52,038 bases of DNA from positions 2,420-54,457 of the forward strand of contig JAYNIA010000011.1 in NCBI GenBank assembly GCA_038108555.1, read 5' to 3'. The position numbers were made by a program, and so were the translations under genes. Every line of letters starts with the position of its first letter. Within the stretch, counting starts at the first letter, position 1. Shown piece by piece: positions 46,627 to 52,038 of this stretch. The DNA comes from Nitrospinota bacterium. GTDB taxonomy: Bacteria; Nitrospinota; Nitrospinia; Nitrospinales; VA-1. The notes under the pieces were generated by a model that had not been told where the DNA came from, made no database searches, and worked only from the letters and a program-made list of their open reading frames with translations.

Positions 46627-48396
46627 ATGAAAGGTATTGCTGTATCAAAAGGAGTTGCAATCGGGAAAGCCTATTTACTGGACCGTTCCAAATTCTGCAT
46701 CCTCAAACAAATTCTGGAAGGCCATGAGGTAGAAAAGGAAATCGAACGATTTCGTGAGGCGATTGCAAAAACAAAATTGCAAATGACAGACATTAAAAAT
46801 CGCGCCGAAAAAATCGCCGATAAATATGCTGTTATTTTGGATACCTATACCCTTCTACTCGATGACGATATCCTTGTAAATGATACTATCGAGAACATAA
46901 AGAAACATCGCACCAATGCGGAATGGACCCTAAACCAGACCCTGCAAAACTTCCTGAACCTGTTCGACAATATCAACGATGACTATTTAAAAGGGAAAAA
47001 AGATGATTTAGATCTGCTCGTCCAGGCCATCCTCAGAAACCTGATGGGCCATTCTCAGGAAACTTTATCCAACATCCAGGAACCAGTGATTGTAGTCACA
47101 CATTCTCTAAGCCCATCGGATACCCTGGCCATGCCCAGGAATTTTATTAAGGGATTGGCAACAGAAACAGGTGGCAAAACCTCTCATGTCGGAATATTTG
47201 CTGCGGCCCTGGGAATCCCAGCAGTAACAGGTATAAAAGACCTCACTTCAAAAATCAATTCGGGTGAAAAAATTGTTATTGACGGTATTGATGGCGAGGT
47301 CATTATTCATCCCAACGATAAAAACACGCAGTATTATCTGAAAAAGCAGGAAAACTATCGTAGATACGAGGAACGGCTCTTAGCGAACATCAATCAATCT
47401 GCAGAAACCCTGGATGGCCACCAAATTCACCTGTTGGCAAATATTGAATCCAACCAGGAAATCCGATCCCTGCATAAATTTGGTGCAGAGGGGGTCGGGC
47501 TTTATCGCACTGAATACCTCTATATATCCGCGAGTAACTTTCCCGGAGAAAAAGAGCTGTACGAAACTTTCAAGGAAGTCGCACAGGAAATGGGTGACAA
47601 TCCTGTCGTCATTCGTACCCTTGATATTGGGATGGATAAGCAGCTTGCAGGAATCGGAACAGACGCAGAGGACAACCCGGCCCTCGGGTTAAGGGGCATC
47701 CGCCTATCTCTGGCAAAACCGGAACTGTTTCTTACCCAGCTCAAAGGGATTTTAAGGTCGAGCCTGTATGGGAATATAAAAATCCTTTACCCCATGGTAT
47801 CGAGCGCAACGGAAATCATTCAGGCCAATGAATTACTGCAAAAAGCCAAAAACCAGTTGAAAAGCGAACAGATTCCATTCGATGAAAATATTAAAGTGGG
47901 GGCCATGATTGAAACCCCGGCAGCCGCAATTTGTATCGACCATATTCTTGACCAGGTTGATTTCATAAGTATTGGAACAAATGATCTGGTCCAATATGTT
48001 CTGGCCATTGATCGGGTCAACGAAAATGTGGCCCATCTTTATCAACCTTTCCACCCATCAGTACTAAGAGTGCTGAAACAGATTTTTGTGGCTGCAAACA
48101 AGGCCAATAAAAAGGTTTCGATTTGTGGGGAATTGGGAGGAGACCCAATGGCAACGATGCTTCTTCTGGGTTTGGGAGATTTGGACGATCTCAGCATGGA
48201 ACCCCACTCCATCCCCAAAGTGAAAAAAATAATTCGTTTAATTCGATTGGAAGAGGCTCGCCAAATGGCCGATCATGTGTTAAGTTTGAGCTCGGTGGAA
48301 GAGATATCTCGATACATTGCTGAGGAAATGCGAAACCGATTCCCAGATGATTTTGATCGAGATTTAAGCTTCCAGGAAAAATTAAAACCTGCCTGA
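46627..48396 (+). CDS. ptsI: Phosphoenolpyruvate--protein phosphotransferase (Enzyme I)
   Basis: GGKTSH phospho-His, GVGLYRTE, IRTLDIG.DK, NPALGLRGIR, MIETP, SIGTNDL, ICGE. Start set to ATG 46627; no N-terminal GAF domain. Confidence 0.95.
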   Translation: MKGIAVSKGVAIGKAYLLDRSKFCILKQILEGHEVEKEIERFREAIAKTKLQMTDIKNRAEKIADKYAVILDTYTLLLDDDILVNDTIENIKKHRTNAEWTLNQTLQNFLNLFDNINDDYLKGKKDDLDLLVQAILRNLMGHSQETLSNIQEPVIVVTHSLSPSDTLAMPRNFIKGLATETGGKTSHVGIFAAALGIPAVTGIKDLTSKINSGEKIVIDGIDGEVIIHPNDKNTQYYLKKQENYRRYEERLLANINQSAETLDGHQIHLLANIESNQEIRSLHKFGAEGVGLYRTEYLYISASNFPGEKELYETFKEVAQEMGDNPVVIRTLDIGMDKQLAGIGTDAEDNPALGLRGIRLSLAKPELFLTQLKGILRSSLYGNIKILYPMVSSATEIIQANELLQKAKNQLKSEQIPFDENIKVGAMIETPAAAICIDHILDQVDFISIGTNDLVQYVLAIDRVNENVAHLYQPFHPSVLRVLKQIFVAANKANKKVSICGELGGDPMATMLLLGLGDLDDLSMEPHSIPKVKKIIRLIRLEEARQMADHVLSLSSVEEISRYIAEEMRNRFPDDFDRDLSFQEKLKPA

Positions 48397-48476
48397 TTTA
48401 ATTCCCCCGATTTCATAGAAAATAAATCCGGTTTATTTAAAAATTAATTTTAAAAATTAAAAAAAGGAACGCTTTC

Positions 48477-49637
48477 ATGAACCCAGGAAATTTTTTATTT
48501 ACATCAGAGTCTGTATCTGAAGGTCACCCCGATAAAATGGCGGATCAAATATCAGATTCTATTTTGGATGCAATTTTGGCTCAGGACCCTCCTGCACGTG
48601 TTGCCTGCGAAACCATGATCACCACGGGTTTTGTAGTTATCGCCGGAGAAATTTCCACCAATTGTTATGTGGAAATGCCAAAAATTATTCGAAATACAAT
48701 AAAAAATATTGGCTACACGCAATCCGATATGGGTTTTGACTATGAAACATGTGGGGTCCAAATAGCGCTTGATGAACAGTCCAAAGATATTGCCCGCGGA
48801 GTCGATGATGACAAACACGAACAGGGTGCAGGCGATCAGGGCATGATGTTCGGTTACGCCACTAAAGAAACCCCAGAGCTCATGCCCATGCCCATCATGT
48901 ACTCCCATAAGTTGGTCAAAAAACTGGCTGATGTAAGGAAGAAAGGCACCCTTCCCTACCTTCGCCCAGACAGCAAATCGCAGGTGTCGGTCCGTTACGA
49001 AAACAATAAACCGGTTTGTATTGAAACAGTCGTCATTTCGACTCAACACAATCCCAGTGTAACGACTAAAAAAATAAAGGCAGATGTCACGGAACTGGTC
49101 ATCAATAAAGTGATTCCCAAAAAATTGCAGCACAAAAAAATGAAAATTCATGTGAACCCAACCGGACGTTTTGTGGTTGGAGGACCTCATGGGGATTGTG
49201 GATTGACAGGTAGAAAAATTATTGTGGATACCTATGGAGGATTCTCCCGACATGGTGGAGGCGCTTTCTCAGGGAAAGATCCTTCCAAAGTGGACCGTTC
49301 TGCAGCCTATATGGCTCGTTACATTGCAAAAAACCTTGTAGCCGCTAACGTTGCCGAGCGTTGTGAAGTCCAGTTGGCATACGCTATTGGAGTTGCTGAT
49401 CCTGTTTCAGTTTGCATCGAAACTTTTGGAACCCATAACGTGGACCCTGGGATTCTGGAAAATCTGGTCCGCTCTCATTTTGACCTCAAACCTGCGGGAA
49501 TTGTTAAAACTCTGGACCTTTTAAAACCCCGCTATTTTCCATCATCGGCTTATGGTCATTTCGGTCGAAAAGAATCAACATTCACATGGGAAAAAACAGA
49601 CAAGGCCAAAGCCATTAAAAAAGACGCCGGGTTATAA
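48477..49637 (+). CDS. metK: S-adenosylmethionine synthetase
   Basis: [56 protein letters not shown]. Confidence 0.99.
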   Translation: MNPGNFLFTSESVSEGHPDKMADQISDSILDAILAQDPPARVACETMITTGFVVIAGEISTNCYVEMPKIIRNTIKNIGYTQSDMGFDYETCGVQIALDEQSKDIARGVDDDKHEQGAGDQGMMFGYATKETPELMPMPIMYSHKLVKKLADVRKKGTLPYLRPDSKSQVSVRYENNKPVCIETVVISTQHNPSVTTKKIKADVTELVINKVIPKKLQHKKMKIHVNPTGRFVVGGPHGDCGLTGRKIIVDTYGGFSRHGGGAFSGKDPSKVDRSAAYMARYIAKNLVAANVAERCEVQLAYAIGVADPVSVCIETFGTHNVDPGILENLVRSHFDLKPAGIVKTLDLLKPRYFPSSAYGHFGRKESTFTWEKTDKAKAIKKDAGL

Positions 49638-49672
49638 TTCAGGGAAAGGGAAGGATTAACGCTGTTGTTTTT

Positions 49673-50056
49673 TTAAGCACCACCAAAAACAACAGATTTA
49701 ATTTTGTCACCGAGCGATTCAGGTTTAACAGGTTTAACGATATACTCTTTAATACCTGCTTTAACCGCCTCGACAACTTTTTCACGTTCTTTTTCTGCTG
49801 TGATCAGCAAAAAGGGAATATCTCTAAGCTTACGATCTTTATTTAACTCTTTGAAAAGGTCCAGACCATCCATATTGGGCATATGCCAGTCGGATATGAT
49901 CAAGTCGAAAGTTTTACTTTTCAACTCATCAAGGGCCGCTTTACCATCTTCAGCAAGCACAACGTTGAAATAACCCAATTTCTTCAAAGTCCTGCGAAGA
50001 AACAGACGGGTCGTCAAAAGATCTTCAACTATTAAAATATTGATATCGAAGTTCAT
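49673..50056 (-). CDS. Single-domain CheY-like response regulator
   Basis: ILIVED, AEDG, SDWHMPNMDGL, LITAE, YIVKP. No che genes nearby. Confidence 0.9.
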   Translation of the reverse strand: MNFDINILIVEDLLTTRLFLRRTLKKLGYFNVVLAEDGKAALDELKSKTFDLIISDWHMPNMDGLDLFKELNKDRKLRDIPFLLITAEKEREKVVEAVKAGIKEYIVKPVKPESLGDKIKSVVFGGA

Positions 50057-50254
50057 TCAATTTCTTAAAATGTTATCAGGTTGTGGGTATAAAACCACAA
50101 ATAAAACTTTATCACAATCTCCTTTTTTAGGCAAACACATTCAAATTCAAGGCTTTCTATAACTATCCGCGAACCAATATGAGTCCCTTTTCCATAAAAA
50201 AAGGTTTAAAACCGTTGCTATAAAAATCAGGTTATTTGATTTCCTGTCTCCTGA

Positions 50255-50992
50255 TCACCCCGGTTTGACCGCACACATTAAATAAGCACTCCCGGCATAT
50301 ACTGTTTGAGTGGCCCCAATTTCAAATCCGGACTGCTGCAATTCTTCTTTCAACTCCTCTTCCGTGTAGGCTTTCCATTTATCGGATCGCAGTTGTTTCT
50401 GGATAAAATTCAATCCCAGCCATTTTGTGAATGGATAAATAAAAAAGCTTTTAACCATCGCATTCCACAACCCTTCTCTCGTGTGAATAAGAGCAGCACT
50501 TTCTACAATGATTTTGCTGGCATTGTAATCTTTGGATGGATTACTGATAATCAACATTCCGCCGGGTTTCAAAACATCGAACATATTAGACAGTGCCTGT
50601 CGCCGTTTATTATCGTCCCGAATGGTATATGTGGAAAAGTGGGCAATCACCGCATCCATTGAACCTTCTTTGAATGGAGCTTTCTCCGTTATATCGTTTT
50701 GCAAACAGGTGACAGAATCTGAAATCCCAAGGGACTTCGCACGAAGCTTTACTTTTTCCAGTCCGGCTGACAATAGATCTGTTCCGAAATAATTCACTTT
50801 CCCCTTTGAGACCCTGCTGAGAAACAATAACAGCAATCCCGACCCACAGCCTGCGTCCCAAACATCTTGTTCTTTTTTATCCGGTAACAGGGACAGAGAC
50901 TGGCGCATGGAATCCAAATAGGATTCTGGGGTCAACAAGTCGTATAGGGTGGATTTGAACCCTGTTTTCCAATAGTTTTTTTCGTACCACAT
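50255..50992 (-). CDS. Class I SAM-dependent methyltransferase
   Basis: Motif I VWDAGCGSG, GTDL, MDAVIA, VLKPGG. Confidence 0.88.
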   Translation of the reverse strand: MWYEKNYWKTGFKSTLYDLLTPESYLDSMRQSLSLLPDKKEQDVWDAGCGSGLLLLFLSRVSKGKVNYFGTDLLSAGLEKVKLRAKSLGISDSVTCLQNDITEKAPFKEGSMDAVIAHFSTYTIRDDNKRRQALSNMFDVLKPGGMLIISNPSKDYNASKIIVESAALIHTREGLWNAMVKSFFIYPFTKWLGLNFIQKQLRSDKWKAYTEEELKEELQQSGFEIGATQTVYAGSAYLMCAVKPG

Positions 50993-51083
50993 ATATTTAC
51001 CGGGAATAATTTTCTACCGCTTGTCCCTGGGGATCGAAATGAATATAATCTTTTTTATTTTGTAATATTGCGGGAGTCTCTCA

Positions 51084-51521
51084 ATGGCGAAAAAACCGTT
51101 TATCAACAAGCATGGATTTGTAGAATACCCCTTTCTTCATGATGACCGGAAGCAGAAAAACTGGTGGTTCTACAATTTAATGGAAGATTATCTCAAACGG
51201 CGGGCACGCCAAAATGTAGGCCCCACTTATACCCGTGATGATTGCGAAGAAGATTTCAAAAAAATTCTCGCATCCACCAATCTGAAGTTCTACGCATTGA
51301 TCCCCTCAGGCATGGGTATGGAGTTCAAACTGATCGGGAAATATGAAACTCCGGAACTGATAGAAATTGAAGATCCGGTACCCTACATCACCGAAAAGTA
51401 TGGCGGCGGAAAGTTCAAGGTCAACATCTACCACAACGGAACATTCTGCGGGACGGAAAACTACAAAGCCCACGGCGATCCTAAATGGGTCGAAATCGAA
51501 GACGATAATCCTACGGGGTGA
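51084..51521 (+). CDS. Hypothetical protein (145 aa)
   Basis: ATG after GGGAG, globular composition, divergent from the methyltransferase gene. Confidence 0.8.
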   Translation: MAKKPFINKHGFVEYPFLHDDRKQKNWWFYNLMEDYLKRRARQNVGPTYTRDDCEEDFKKILASTNLKFYALIPSGMGMEFKLIGKYETPELIEIEDPVPYITEKYGGGKFKVNIYHNGTFCGTENYKAHGDPKWVEIEDDNPTG

Positions 51522-51683
51522 ACAACATCTGCCCATACATCTTGAGGTAAAATCCCAATTTTCTTTACAACTGATAACTAGTCAGTAGGTTCTCTCGATG
51601 GGCGTTGAGGCACATGATCCTGCACTTATTAAGTATGGACTTTACTGCAGACAATAATCCATATTGTGAATAAGGAAGCAAAG

Positions 51684-51726
51684 AAAAAGAGGCCTGTGTC
51701 CACATTTGATCTAAACCCAGGCTCTC
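51684..51726 (-). terminator. Possible intrinsic terminator
   Basis: Minus strand imperfect hairpin GAGAGCCTGGGTTTA...TGGACACAGGCCTC followed by TTTTT; its G-U pairs favour this strand. Confidence 0.3.
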
Positions 51727-52038
51727 CTTTATTATCTAAAAGTAATTTAAAATTCAACCTTCCCAATTGGTACCTTGAATTGAACGCACCAGATTAATAT
51801 TGAGATTAATTCTTACCTAATAAATGTCTCAATTTGTATACTTCGAAAGGATTTCCTTACAAACCAACAAAAACCTTTTTCTATGCATATAAATTACAAT
51901 CACACATGACCTTGAAATGAAGGATATGACCTCTAATTTTTAAGAGCAATAGATTAAGAGAAAGACCTAAATATTTCCTTTAGTTTTAGAAGGAGGGTAA
52001 CCAAAATATCGCTTGAACTCTCTGCTGAATTGAGAAGT

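Noticed and set aside
48552..49253. Long antisense ORFs (233 aa opposite metK; also 4644-5150, 17637-18089, 41368-41829)
   Set aside because: They are shadows of well-conserved genes on the opposite strand, with no recognisable motifs.
51570..51710. Short minus-strand ORF (MWTQASFS...) downstream of AAAGGAG
   Set aside because: The RBS-like sequence is too far from the ATG, and the region is better explained as a hairpin with a U-tract.

Overview
A gene-dense, roughly 40% GC bacterial chromosomal segment of mostly core genes, with no recognisable mobile element, rRNA, tRNA or CRISPR array. Gene content and protein style suggest a Nitrospinota/deltaproteobacteria-like organism (inference only). 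In order: amt and a large secreted TPR protein; a stand-alone nuoE-nuoG-nuoD cluster lacking nuoF and nuoC; a flippase-like membrane protein; tatA; an LRR protein and a DUF5069-like protein; PBP1A convergent with an LpoA-like protein; a PilR-like sigma54 activator; argG; glk, tal and pgi; a YSC84/SYLF protein; clpB; a coupled GCS2-family ligase and M14 hydrolase; an aminotransferase-hom-thrC-FGE-trxB-histidine kinase run; uppP; an unknown secreted protein with its own promoter, long structured leader and terminator; a eukaryote-type UDP-glucose pyrophosphorylase; two unknown paralogs flanking a glutathione peroxidase-family gene; nnr-tsaE; lptCAB-rpoN-hpf-ptsN-ptsI; metK; a CheY-like regulator; a methyltransferase; and a hypothetical protein. 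The best leads are the paralog pair around gpx, the GCS2/M14 pair, the Amt His-to-Tyr pore change, the NuoF-less complex I module, several structured non-coding elements, a sigma54-type promoter ahead of the operon containing rpoN, and a probable pseudokinase coupled to trxB. All calls come from reading motifs by eye; no searches or folding programs were run.
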